A DNA stretch of 46,097 bases from a bacterium (GCA_037127815.1 JBAXXP010000005.1:1-46097); one strand, 5' to 3'; shown: positions 29,529 to 37,879, counted from the first letter of the stretch. Notes: generated by a model not told the origin, from the letters alone. Translations and numbers: made by a program.

Positions 29529-29547
29529 TATTTATATTTCTTAACAC
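29488..29547 (-). CDS. trpL: Trp operon leader peptide (M/V)LRNINIINTTWWATHISG
   Basis: GTG-start 19-codon ORF with tandem TGG TGG at 29514-29509, overlapping the attenuator stems. Confidence 0.88.
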   Translation of the reverse strand: MLRNINIINTTWWATHISG

Positions 29548-29553
29548 GATGAG

Positions 29554-29582
29554 ATTATAGGGTATATATGAATTGAAGGCAA
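29554..29582 (-). promoter_or_regulatory. Sigma70 promoter of the trp leader
   Basis: TTGCCT-N17-TATAAT, 6 nt upstream of the GTG. Confidence 0.8.
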
Positions 29583-29609
29583 GGAACATGTTACAAATGG
29601 AATTAAATA

Positions 29610-30515
29610 TCACTCTGACCCAACAACAAACCAAGCTTCATTTGATTCACTGTGCTGTAGATCAAGATGATTTATAAAAAGTCCTTTCCTGAAATCAACT
29701 GTACAAATCGCATTTACCCCAGATCCACAATACGATATTTCGGGGAATTCAGTATCTATGGGTGTTGTCGTTGAAGGAATTGTACCAGATTCGTTCTCAT
29801 ATACTGATGGAATAATTGCCAACCACCCGTTTTGTTTTAGAACATCTCTTGCGTGATAATAGCTATCTCTAAGCTTATAAGTAAAACTGTCATCTAATAT
29901 ATTTCTAACGTAAGACAGAACCTCCACCTTGCTCTTATTTTTTATTTGGAAGGTATATAAATTACCATTATAAATAAATTCTAAAGTAGGCGTAGTGCGA
30001 GAGCTTTCATTAAAATAATAAGCATCCAAATTTTCATTTATCTTTATTTTTTCCCATCCAAATCCTCCAATATCCTTTGCAGTATTTTTCTTCCCCTCAA
30101 AATACGCCACGGTGCAGAATTCAGCACCATTGCAATTACCATTTTCTGGTACTAAAGTTGAGACATTAACCCTATATCCAACATCTTCAGTTACAGTATA
30201 TTCAGCTTGGATTTTTTCTCCATTTACTGCAAAATCGATTTTCTGAGGTAATAATATAGGTATTTTTATTCCAGAATTCAACATATCAGCATTAATTTTT
30301 GTAAAATTAAATGTACTAGTAGAATTTCCGTTTGTATTTTCTTCTTGTTGGTAAATAACTTTTATACCCTTATTAGCAAGTACAGTTTCTGGATTGATGA
30401 CTGTATTCTCATTTATAATATCTTCTGTAATTTTTCTACTATTTCCCAAAAATAAATATAGACTAACCACTAATAAAAATACCACTAATGCGATTAATAA
30501 AATCCCTTTTTTCAT
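29610..30515 (-). CDS. Hypothetical N-terminally anchored surface protein
   Basis: MKKGILLIALVVFLLVVSLYLFL then soluble domain with Cys pairs. Confidence 0.8.
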   Translation of the reverse strand: MKKGILLIALVVFLLVVSLYLFLGNSRKITEDIINENTVINPETVLANKGIKVIYQQEENTNGNSTSTFNFTKINADMLNSGIKIPILLPQKIDFAVNGEKIQAEYTVTEDVGYRVNVSTLVPENGNCNGAEFCTVAYFEGKKNTAKDIGGFGWEKIKINENLDAYYFNESSRTTPTLEFIYNGNLYTFQIKNKSKVEVLSYVRNILDDSFTYKLRDSYYHARDVLKQNGWLAIIPSVYENESGTIPSTTTPIDTEFPEISYCGSGVNAICTVDFRKGLFINHLDLQHSESNEAWFVVGSE

Positions 30516-30683
30516 ATGTACATTATATCAAAGTATCAACATGTTCACTAAATAATAAATTTTAATAAATTACTTTTTACAATCGTCCTATTTTAAAAAT
30601 TGTGACCCCAAAACATGGCTTTCCGAACTGCTAGCCCTTCGGTCGAGCATCATAAACCTCAGAAAAGAATTATTATCTTATAC

Positions 30684-31706
30684 TTAATTCAATGCTGAAA
30701 TTATCGTCTGTATTTGATTGTAGTAAGTATCGTTTAGTTTATTTACACCTTGATACGAATAACTGAAGCTAAGAGTCTGATTATTTAATATTTGTGTAAT
30801 AAATATTTCATCTGTGTTTTGCAAGACATCTCCCGCTTGGGTCGTTATTAGAAATCCATTAATCCTACCAATCTGATATGGCTTATAAGATATTGTTAGA
30901 GGCAACGCACCTTGTTCTATTGACTGCTTCGCTGAAATAATATCTTTTGCTTTTTGTTCAAGCGATGTGTTTAAGTCGTCAACAGCGATTGAAAGATACC
31001 TCTGACCTTGGTCATTATAAGCAAAAATTATTTTTTGTGGTGTTGAATTACCATTATCAGAAAATGTCGATGGATATTTAAACGAAAATCCCCTACCAGA
31101 GTCATAGGTTTTCCATCCAACAGTTTTACTAGCTGTAGTATTTAACCCAGGAGATGTTGAGTTTATTACACTGACACTTATGTTTTCTATGGTTTTCGCG
31201 CCAGTGCTATCTCTCGCTGTAATTATTATATTAAAATCACCAAATTTTGAATAAGCGTGATAAAATGGCGGATACAATTCTCCAAATTCATACTCTGCAG
31301 TGCCATCACCCCAATTTACAGAATAAGTTAAAGTACTACCCTCACCTTTGTCATTTGGACTAAAAGCATTGACCGTCCACGTACCTTTTTGATTCAAATC
31401 CAATTCCTTTGGTCCATTTACTTTTATCTCCGGAACTTTACATTTTATACTACCCATCGAACCGTTGTTCGTACATGGTTCTGTGGTATCAGATGTTGGC
31501 GTATTTTGAGTATTGATCACCTCCTTTTTGGTCTCTTGTTTAGCTTGAGCTGTTGTCTGAACTTCTGTATTTGTACGAGAGCTGTCAGGTAATATTGGGG
31601 CTTCAGCTTTCTTATTGGTATAAATATAAACACCACCGCCTACTACCAACAAAGCAATAATAGTCAAAAGCACTGGCACAAGGAATCCCTTTTGTATGTT
31701 CTTCAT
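30684..31706 (-). CDS. Surface protein with class III (prepilin-like) signal, PKD-like domain and PsbP-like C-terminus
   Basis: QKG/FLVPVLLTIIALL (lacks E5); YSVNWGDG...HAYSK.GDF PKD motif; GWKTYDSGRGFSFKYP. Confidence 0.8.
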   Translation of the reverse strand: MKNIQKGFLVPVLLTIIALLVVGGGVYIYTNKKAEAPILPDSSRTNTEVQTTAQAKQETKKEVINTQNTPTSDTTEPCTNNGSMGSIKCKVPEIKVNGPKELDLNQKGTWTVNAFSPNDKGEGSTLTYSVNWGDGTAEYEFGELYPPFYHAYSKFGDFNIIITARDSTGAKTIENISVSVINSTSPGLNTTASKTVGWKTYDSGRGFSFKYPSTFSDNGNSTPQKIIFAYNDQGQRYLSIAVDDLNTSLEQKAKDIISAKQSIEQGALPLTISYKPYQIGRINGFLITTQAGDVLQNTDEIFITQILNNQTLSFSYSYQGVNKLNDTYYNQIQTIISALN

Positions 31707-31754
31707 ATATTCAAATCATAGCACAGATGTTCACAACGTCCACATGTTCAGCTC

Positions 31755-31853
31755 TAGTGTGCGCCGCCTGCACCAACGTCTTTTACTTCGCTTCGCTTGA
31801 AAAAGTCTGGGTGCATCGGCATCACTTTTTTACTGTCGTTGCACTCCTTAAAA
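31755..31853. repeat. Structured palindromic element next to the tRNA
   Basis: GCCG..TGCACC / GGTGCA.CGGC stem; CTTTT/AAAAG stem around TTCGCTTCGCTT; TCGTTGCACTC loop. Confidence 0.5.
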
Positions 31854-31857
31854 ATTG

Positions 31858-31929
31858 TGACCCTACCGGGAATCGAACCCGGATTTAAGCCTTGAGAAGG
31901 CTTCGTCCTAACCGTTAGACGATAGGGCC
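31858..31929 (-). tRNA. tRNA-Glu (anticodon CTC), CCA not encoded
   Basis: GGCCCTA/TAGGGTC acceptor stem, AAGCC-TTCTCAA-GGCTT anticodon arm, GGTTCGATTCC T loop. Confidence 0.97.
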
Positions 31930-32030
31930 ATGTTTGCTATTTGTTTAGATTAGCTCTACTAATATCGCACAAAATTTGATATTTATCAATCCCCTATTTT
32001 GGGTAAAGTAAAAGCCTCGGCACCATATAA

Positions 32031-32064
32031 TGGCGCCGAGGCTTGATTGAGACTCAGATAAGAC
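32031..32064. terminator. GC-rich hairpin downstream of the orphan cluster (a second 11-bp hairpin ACTCAGATAAG/CTTATCTGAGT lies beside it)
   Basis: AAGCCTCGGC-ACCATATAATGGC-GCCGAGGCTT seen between about 32010 and 32085; exact limits approximate. Confidence 0.55.
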
Positions 32065-32112
32065 CCTAGGCCTTATCTGAGTACCGTGAACATGGTGACA
32101 CGGGAAAATAGA

Positions 32113-32349
32113 TTAATCGTCATGGTCCTCTCTAAACGGAACATTTCCGTTATTAATAAAAGAGTTGCACGACTTAGAACCACAAAACCTGGAGGCGTCC
32201 TCATGAGCAACGCGCCGTCTCCACATAAGGTCTCGAGTCCTTATCTTCCGCGATGATTTCCTTTGCCGTTTTGGCCAAGCTGATTTTTTGTTTGTAGGTC
32301 CAGTTTTCATACGATCAGTTGTATTTGTATTTTGGTTTACTATTTTCAA
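32113..32349 (-). CDS. Small basic hypothetical protein
   Basis: 78 aa, TTG start (alternative ATG starts), directly downstream of ORF 32382..33062. Confidence 0.4.
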   Translation of the reverse strand: MKIVNQNTNTTDRMKTGPTNKKSAWPKRQRKSSRKIRTRDLMWRRRVAHEDASRFCGSKSCNSFINNGNVPFREDHDD

Positions 32350-32381
32350 TTTTCATATGCGATTTCTATAGGCGGAGAATT

Positions 32382-33062
32382 TCAGAGCATCTTCCCTACC
32401 ACGTAACCATGAACATCAAGAAGATGATTCCCTTTTAGAATAGAGATTACACCTTCTGGACTGAAAAAAACAGCTACTGCAGTTGACCTAGGCTCTAATG
32501 CATAACACACAACAGCAGAATCATTAAAGAAGTTCTTGCCTGTTGCCAGGCGGTATGCAATGTGAATGTACAGAACTTCAATCAGCAAAAGAACTTTTGG
32601 AGAATCAAAGCTTATGCATTTTAAGACAGCAAACCAATTCCATGGTTTTTCATCGAAAGATTCCAGACATTCAATTTCCGGAATCAGGCCGCTGAGATCT
32701 CCAAACATTTTCGGAAAAGATTTTTGCATTAATGAAACTGATATCCCAGTAGGGATATAGAAAAGACAAACGCTTTCGCGCACCTCCCTCAATAAACGAA
32801 GAGAAGTTGGAATCCTCCTTCCACCCAACTGAGTTACATTCTCGATCTGCAATTTAATTTCTTGAGGGCAATGAGTTTCCGTAAAAACCCTGTTTGCTCC
32901 CAGTACTTTTTCAGCAGAACTCAATGCACATCTTAAGATTTTCTTCTTGTGAATTTTTTTTCTTTTTTCCTTCTTGATTTCAATTTGATTGTTGATTGTC
33001 GAACTTCCAAGTTTCTTTGACCGAGTTGTCCAAACCGACGATTTAATTGGCAAGGTTCTCAT
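32382..33062 (-). CDS. Hypothetical protein, paralog A
   Basis: Shares LF.IP...VS......P..FGD.SGL motif with ORF 33243..33938. Confidence 0.7.
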   Translation of the reverse strand: MRTLPIKSSVWTTRSKKLGSSTINNQIEIKKEKRKKIHKKKILRCALSSAEKVLGANRVFTETHCPQEIKLQIENVTQLGGRRIPTSLRLLREVRESVCLFYIPTGISVSLMQKSFPKMFGDLSGLIPEIECLESFDEKPWNWFAVLKCISFDSPKVLLLIEVLYIHIAYRLATGKNFFNDSAVVCYALEPRSTAVAVFFSPEGVISILKGNHLLDVHGYVVGKML

Positions 33063-33192
33063 TTAGATATTTGTTTATCCATGAAAACAATGCCATTTTG
33101 TATTATAAAAGTCAAACCTTGTGATTTAAATCAATACTCTATGATTGTAGTGCTTTTATTAAATCCTAAAAGTTTCAGAATTAAAATATTAT

Positions 33193-33230
33193 AAAAAAAT
33201 CCCGGCGCCAACATCGTGTTGGCGCCGGGA
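33193..33230 (-). terminator. Intrinsic terminator
   Basis: TCCCGGCGCCAACA-TCG-TGTTGGCGCCGGGA with T7 on the minus strand. Confidence 0.85.
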
Positions 33231-33242
33231 ACAGATTACGGA

Positions 33243-33938
33243 CTATCGCTTTGGACCAATTCCCACGCCGTAGACATGGGATCCTTGAATCAATCCATTG
33301 CATGCTGGAATTGTGATTTCCGCATTATCCCGGAAATAAACAGCTATCTTTCCGCCAAAGCCCGTGTCACAAATGACACGTCCGGGGAAGTAGAACCGTT
33401 TTGCTTCTTGATAATAGAGAGCGTTCAAATAGATTAATCGGGCTAGATTCAAGTCTCCGCCTGATGAACTATTTTTGAGCACCCGGCTTGCAAGGTACCA
33501 ACGCCAACTCCTGGTTTCATTATTTTCAGGGATTCCCCGGCAACCCTCAGGAAGTCCAGAGATGTCACCAAACAAGCCCGGATGTGCATCCACAAGTTGG
33601 GACACCCCAATCCGTGGAATTGCAAATAAATGAATGTGCTCAAACGACCTCGTCTTCATCTTCTCAATGTAGTCTGAGCTCAGATCAATAGTTTCCAAAT
33701 TGGTCTGATCTTCGTGACTGGGAACAGTATCCTTAAACAGATAAGGGCAGTGCCGAGGAAAGAACATACGCCCTTCCCCTAAGGCACTTTTCACGTCTGA
33801 AGCACGGCAATGTCCGTACTCCTTTGTCGCAGGACCACACCCTGCTTTGGTTTGTTGTTTAGTTTGCAAATCACCTGCCACCCGTAATGGATGGCCCAAT
33901 TGTGTAGACTGAATATTCATGTTATCAAAGGTCCTCAT
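33243..33938 (-). CDS. Hypothetical protein, paralog B
   Basis: Likely start MRTF at 33938, 11 nt after a TATTGT -10. Confidence 0.7.
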   Translation of the reverse strand: MRTFDNMNIQSTQLGHPLRVAGDLQTKQQTKAGCGPATKEYGHCRASDVKSALGEGRMFFPRHCPYLFKDTVPSHEDQTNLETIDLSSDYIEKMKTRSFEHIHLFAIPRIGVSQLVDAHPGLFGDISGLPEGCRGIPENNETRSWRWYLASRVLKNSSSGGDLNLARLIYLNALYYQEAKRFYFPGRVICDTGFGGKIAVYFRDNAEITIPACNGLIQGSHVYGVGIGPKR

Positions 33939-34026
33939 GACCAGGGAAAACAATACCATTGATTAAAATATACGTCAATGGTTGAGAAAATGGTGTAAAA
34001 AAAATTGTGGGGGGGGGCGACTAAAA

Positions 34027-35856
34027 CTAGATACAATTCTTTCCATTAGGCGCAGTCTTATTGAGCGGTGCAACTCTTCCAGTTCCTACTGGTACAAATG
34101 TAGCAGAAGGTGTTGAGCTTGTGCCCGTGCCTGCCAAATCTACGCCAGCTGGCGCCCTATCTGGTGCCACTTGATAGTAACTGATTAAAAACTTAGATAA
34201 ATCGATAAAAGGAATCGCTAGCGTATCAGATGAATAACTAACTCCCTTTGGATTCACGGTATAAATAAAAACTAAAAACTGTGGATTGTATGCGGGTAAA
34301 AATCCAACAAATGAGTGAAGATAAATACTATCGGAGTATCCCTTTCCACCACGAACCACCTGCGCTGTACCTGTCTTAACTCCAATTGTATAATTTGGAT
34401 TCTTATATAATCCATTCTTTAGTGATGTGTCAAAATTATTAACCATCATATTTACCACTTCAAGCGCAGAGTCCTCCTTTATAACTCGAGCATCCATTTG
34501 AACTGGTATTTTTTTAGAAGTTCCAATCTTATAATTTATTTCTTTTACAAGTCTCGGCTTAACCATTACTCCCCCATTTGCAATAGCTGAAAACGCATGA
34601 ATAGTTTCAATTGGAGTAACAGAAATTCCCTGACCGAATGAAGCTGTAACATGCTCAAGATCTCTATTTGTCTTTAGGTTATCAATCAAACCTGACGCTT
34701 CATTTGGTAAGTCAATTCCTGTTTTATTACCTAGCCCGTAATTTCTAAAATAATTAGAGAATACCTCATTACCAACTTTTTGTTCAACAAATGCAAATCC
34801 AGTGTTTAGTGATTTTGCCAACGCACATTGAAGTGTAATCACACCTCTTCCTTTTTTATCAAAGTTAGAAATAGTTTTATTATTAAAAGTTGCGGAACCC
34901 GTATCGTTGTATGTGGTTTGGGATGTAACCTTGCCTGTATCCACTCCTGTAGACATTGTTAGAGGCTTCATAATAGACCCCATTTCGTATGCACTTTCTA
35001 CTAGGTCATTTCTGAAAAGAACGGGGTCTTTTACACTACTTATATCATTTGGATCAAACGATGGACTCAAACCCATGGCGTATATGTCGCCGGTCTGTGG
35101 ATTCATAATAATAGCGCCAGTTCTTTCTGATGAGTACTGCTTATTAATTTTACTAATCATCTCCTCAACATAAGCCTGAGTTTTTGGTTCAATTGTAGTA
35201 ACAATGTCACCTTCTAATGATTTTCCATCAATTACGGTTTTCTTAATATTTGAAAATGTCTCCACAAAGAAGTTTGCATAGGCATCAGATTGAGTCCTAC
35301 TTAAAACATCGTCATACGCTCTCTCAAGTCCATATCTACCAGCAAATGTATCACCCTTATAACCCATAAATCCTAAAACATTTGAAGCTAAAGATCCCCC
35401 GGGGTAATATCTCCACTTGTCTTGGTACAAGCTTATTCCTGGTAATTTTAGAGCAATAATTTCTTCTCCAGTTTGTTGGTCAACCTTCTTTCTAATCTCT
35501 TCATATGGGTCATTCAACTTGTTTGCTTTAGCTATAAAATCATCGTGAACCAACTCAGGAATAAAAGGTAACAATTTAGTGTAAATATCCTCTGCGTTTC
35601 CTGCTTTTACAGCGGCCGGCTTCATCGCTAAAATAAAACCAGTTTTGAGTGAAGCTGCAGAAATTTGTGTGCCATCTTTTTGTGTAAAGAAAATAGTACC
35701 TCTATTAAAAGCTGTTGCTGGTTTTTGATATTGTCTGTCTGCTCTTTGTCTAAAATCATCAGATTGAACAATCTGTAACATATACAGTTTGATAAAAAGT
35801 AATACGGAGAAAGCCAATATAGCAAACGCGATTAATCTGATTCTAGATTTTAACAT
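34027..35856 (-). CDS. ftsI: Penicillin-binding protein (FtsI/PBP3-like transpeptidase)
   Basis: GSIMK (SxxK), SLN (SxN), KTGTAQ; follows mraZ-rsmH-ftsL. Confidence 0.9.
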   Translation of the reverse strand: MLKSRIRLIAFAILAFSVLLFIKLYMLQIVQSDDFRQRADRQYQKPATAFNRGTIFFTQKDGTQISAASLKTGFILAMKPAAVKAGNAEDIYTKLLPFIPELVHDDFIAKANKLNDPYEEIRKKVDQQTGEEIIALKLPGISLYQDKWRYYPGGSLASNVLGFMGYKGDTFAGRYGLERAYDDVLSRTQSDAYANFFVETFSNIKKTVIDGKSLEGDIVTTIEPKTQAYVEEMISKINKQYSSERTGAIIMNPQTGDIYAMGLSPSFDPNDISSVKDPVLFRNDLVESAYEMGSIMKPLTMSTGVDTGKVTSQTTYNDTGSATFNNKTISNFDKKGRGVITLQCALAKSLNTGFAFVEQKVGNEVFSNYFRNYGLGNKTGIDLPNEASGLIDNLKTNRDLEHVTASFGQGISVTPIETIHAFSAIANGGVMVKPRLVKEINYKIGTSKKIPVQMDARVIKEDSALEVVNMMVNNFDTSLKNGLYKNPNYTIGVKTGTAQVVRGGKGYSDSIYLHSFVGFLPAYNPQFLVFIYTVNPKGVSYSSDTLAIPFIDLSKFLISYYQVAPDRAPAGVDLAGTGTSSTPSATFVPVGTGRVAPLNKTAPNGKNCI

Positions 35857-35913
35857 TACTATTCATTTTACTTTATTATTTACTTCATCGCCACCTGTAA
35901 TTTATAATTACGA

Positions 35914-36240
35914 TTATTTCATTGCTACGTTCTTTGAGACAAATTCACGAGATGCAAATATGGTATTTGCAGATGCATTTTGGAAGCCCAATTCATAAGC
36001 TTTCTCAATTGAAATATTATTAGATAATGACATATATTGAAATTCCAAATCACCTAACTTTGAGTTTAAGGCCACAATTTGTTCATCAGACTGATCCTTA
36101 TCAAAAGCATTCCAAACAGTTTTATTGACCATATATCCATATGTTCCCATAAGAAACATAAAAACAGCCAAAAAAGACCAGAACAATGTTACTGAAATTC
36201 TGTCTATTATATTTATTGTATTTGTTACTTTTGTTGTCAT
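35914..36240 (-). CDS. ftsL: FtsL-like bitopic coiled-coil protein
   Basis: TM + coiled coil + IEKAYELGF; position between rsmH and ftsI. Confidence 0.65.
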   Translation of the reverse strand: MTTKVTNTINIIDRISVTLFWSFLAVFMFLMGTYGYMVNKTVWNAFDKDQSDEQIVALNSKLGDLEFQYMSLSNNISIEKAYELGFQNASANTIFASREFVSKNVAMK

Positions 36241-36272
36241 TTTTTTTGGGAGTCTTACTCCTCTTTTAATTA

Positions 36273-37316
36273 TTAATTTGCTTGAAACACTCTGAGTTTT
36301 GCACTTCTTGACCTTGGATTCTCGTCTGTTTCTTCCTCTGCTGGAACAATTGGTCTCTTTGTAATAATCTTTCCTAGGCCATCTTCTTCAAACTTTTTAA
36401 ATGCTGTTTTGACGATTCTATCTTCAAGACTGTGATATGAGATGACTACAAGCTTCCCATCAGGTTTCAATTTATCTATTGCTTGTGGAAGTGTCTCTGT
36501 GAGTGCGTTAAGTTCATCATTAATCGCAATTCTCAGTGCTTGAAATGTTTTTGTTGCTGGATGCGTTTTTGCATGTCTTGCAAATGATGGAACAGAAGCC
36601 TTAATTATCTCTGCAAGCCTTGATGTTGTTGTGATTCTTTCAAGCGCTCTTGCATTAACAATTCCTCGTGCAATCTTATAAGCAAACTTATCTTCGCCGT
36701 ATGACTCAATGATTGTCTTTATGTTTTCCTCATCCCAATCATTAATAATGTCTTCAGCGTTAAAACTTGTATCTGCTTCCTTATCCAATATCATCTTCTT
36801 ACTTTGCTGTGATTCTGGGTGTTCTCCTCCGTTTGCAAAAGTCATAAGTAATGGTTCATCCTTCTTAAAGCTAAACCCTCTACCTGACTGTTCCAGCTCG
36901 TAAGAACTAAGCCCAAGATCGTAAAGTATTGCATCAGCAGTCTCTATCCCCTTATCGTCTAAAGCCTTTTTAAGATTTCTAAAATTGTCATTTATAAGAA
37001 TTATATTTGGCCGATTTTTTAAATCCTTAAAAGCTATCTCAAAATTTGAAGCTGCCCTATCAATTGCATCATGGTCTAAATCAAAGCCAACAATAGTTAC
37101 ATCTCCATCCAATTGTTTTGCTATTTGCTCGCTGTGACCACCGTCACCAAGATTACAATCAATAAATACCTGACCTTTTTTTAAGTCCAATTGTTCTAGC
37201 ACAGATTGTAAAAGAACAGGGATATGTCTTGTGAATTCCTTTCTAACGAATTCCTTCTTATCCCTAATTTCCCGCTTTCCTGTCTTTTTTCCTTTTTGAG
37301 TTTTGCGTTTTGTCAT
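36273..37316 (-). CDS. rsmH: 16S rRNA m4C1402 methyltransferase
   Basis: HIPVLL, DCNLGDGGHS, DLGLSS, FQALRIAINDEL, SYHSLEDRIVK, NPRSRSAKLR. Confidence 0.97.
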   Translation of the reverse strand: MTKRKTQKGKKTGKREIRDKKEFVRKEFTRHIPVLLQSVLEQLDLKKGQVFIDCNLGDGGHSEQIAKQLDGDVTIVGFDLDHDAIDRAASNFEIAFKDLKNRPNIILINDNFRNLKKALDDKGIETADAILYDLGLSSYELEQSGRGFSFKKDEPLLMTFANGGEHPESQQSKKMILDKEADTSFNAEDIINDWDEENIKTIIESYGEDKFAYKIARGIVNARALERITTTSRLAEIIKASVPSFARHAKTHPATKTFQALRIAINDELNALTETLPQAIDKLKPDGKLVVISYHSLEDRIVKTAFKKFEEDGLGKIITKRPIVPAEEETDENPRSRSAKLRVFQAN

Positions 37317-37321
37317 AATTT

Positions 37322-37765
37322 TTAGATTACACCAACTTCGCCTAACTTCTCAGCGATTTCATCGACATGCTTCAGGTTTTCAAGCTTGTAAGCCTTCCAA
37401 CGTGATTCATCCCAAATTTCTATCTTGTTATATACGCCGGTAAATACCACCTTTCCAGTTTTATCAGAAAGTCCTGCATACTCTCTCAAGAAATCTGGAA
37501 CAAGTATTCTGCCTGCGCCATCGACATCTAATTCAACAGCTCCTCCAAGGAACATTCTGTTGAAACCTCTACTACTAGCCTGCCCCATTGAAAGTGAACC
37601 TAGTTTCTCGGAGATTTTCTCCCATTCCTTGATTGAAAACATAAACAAACAGTTATCAAGGCCGTGAGTTACCACAACTTTTTTGCCAATCTCTTTCTTG
37701 AATTTAGCAGGTAAAGAGATTCTTTTTTTGTCATCTTGGCTGTGTGTATATTCTCCTATTAACAT
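37322..37765 (-). CDS. mraZ: Transcriptional regulator MraZ
   Basis: MLIGEYTHSQDDKKRISLPAKF, DGAGRILVPDFLREYA. Confidence 0.97.
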   Translation of the reverse strand: MLIGEYTHSQDDKKRISLPAKFKKEIGKKVVVTHGLDNCLFMFSIKEWEKISEKLGSLSMGQASSRGFNRMFLGGAVELDVDGAGRILVPDFLREYAGLSDKTGKVVFTGVYNKIEIWDESRWKAYKLENLKHVDEIAEKLGEVGVI

Positions 37766-37826
37766 ATTCTTTCTTTCATGGTTTTTATGGCTTAGTTGCA
37801 ACGTATTTCTCAATTCTCAATCCTTA

Positions 37827-37879
37827 CCACTATTTCCCACTTAGTTACTATTTTATACCACTTACTTCCCACTTGCAAA
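37827..37879 (-). promoter_or_regulatory. mraZ promoter with GTGG(G) direct repeats (MraZ boxes)
   Basis: TTGCAA-N17-TAAAAT; four GTGG units in two pairs spaced about 10 nt. Confidence 0.75.

Larger units (their letters stand above)
30593..31863. mobile_element. Small tRNA-Glu islet bounded by 16-bp direct repeats, no integrase
   Basis: TTAAAAATTGTGACCC at 30593-30608 and 31848-31863; the second copy overlaps the tRNA 3' end. Confidence 0.65.

Noticed and set aside
31850-31900. Plus-strand peptide KIVTLPGIEPGFKP
   Set aside because: Antisense reading of the tRNA; no upstream integrase ORF is attached.
32382-33959. Complete diversity-generating retroelement
   Set aside because: No reverse transcriptase, avd or adenine-mismatched TR/VR pair in the window; only a weak fold resemblance.
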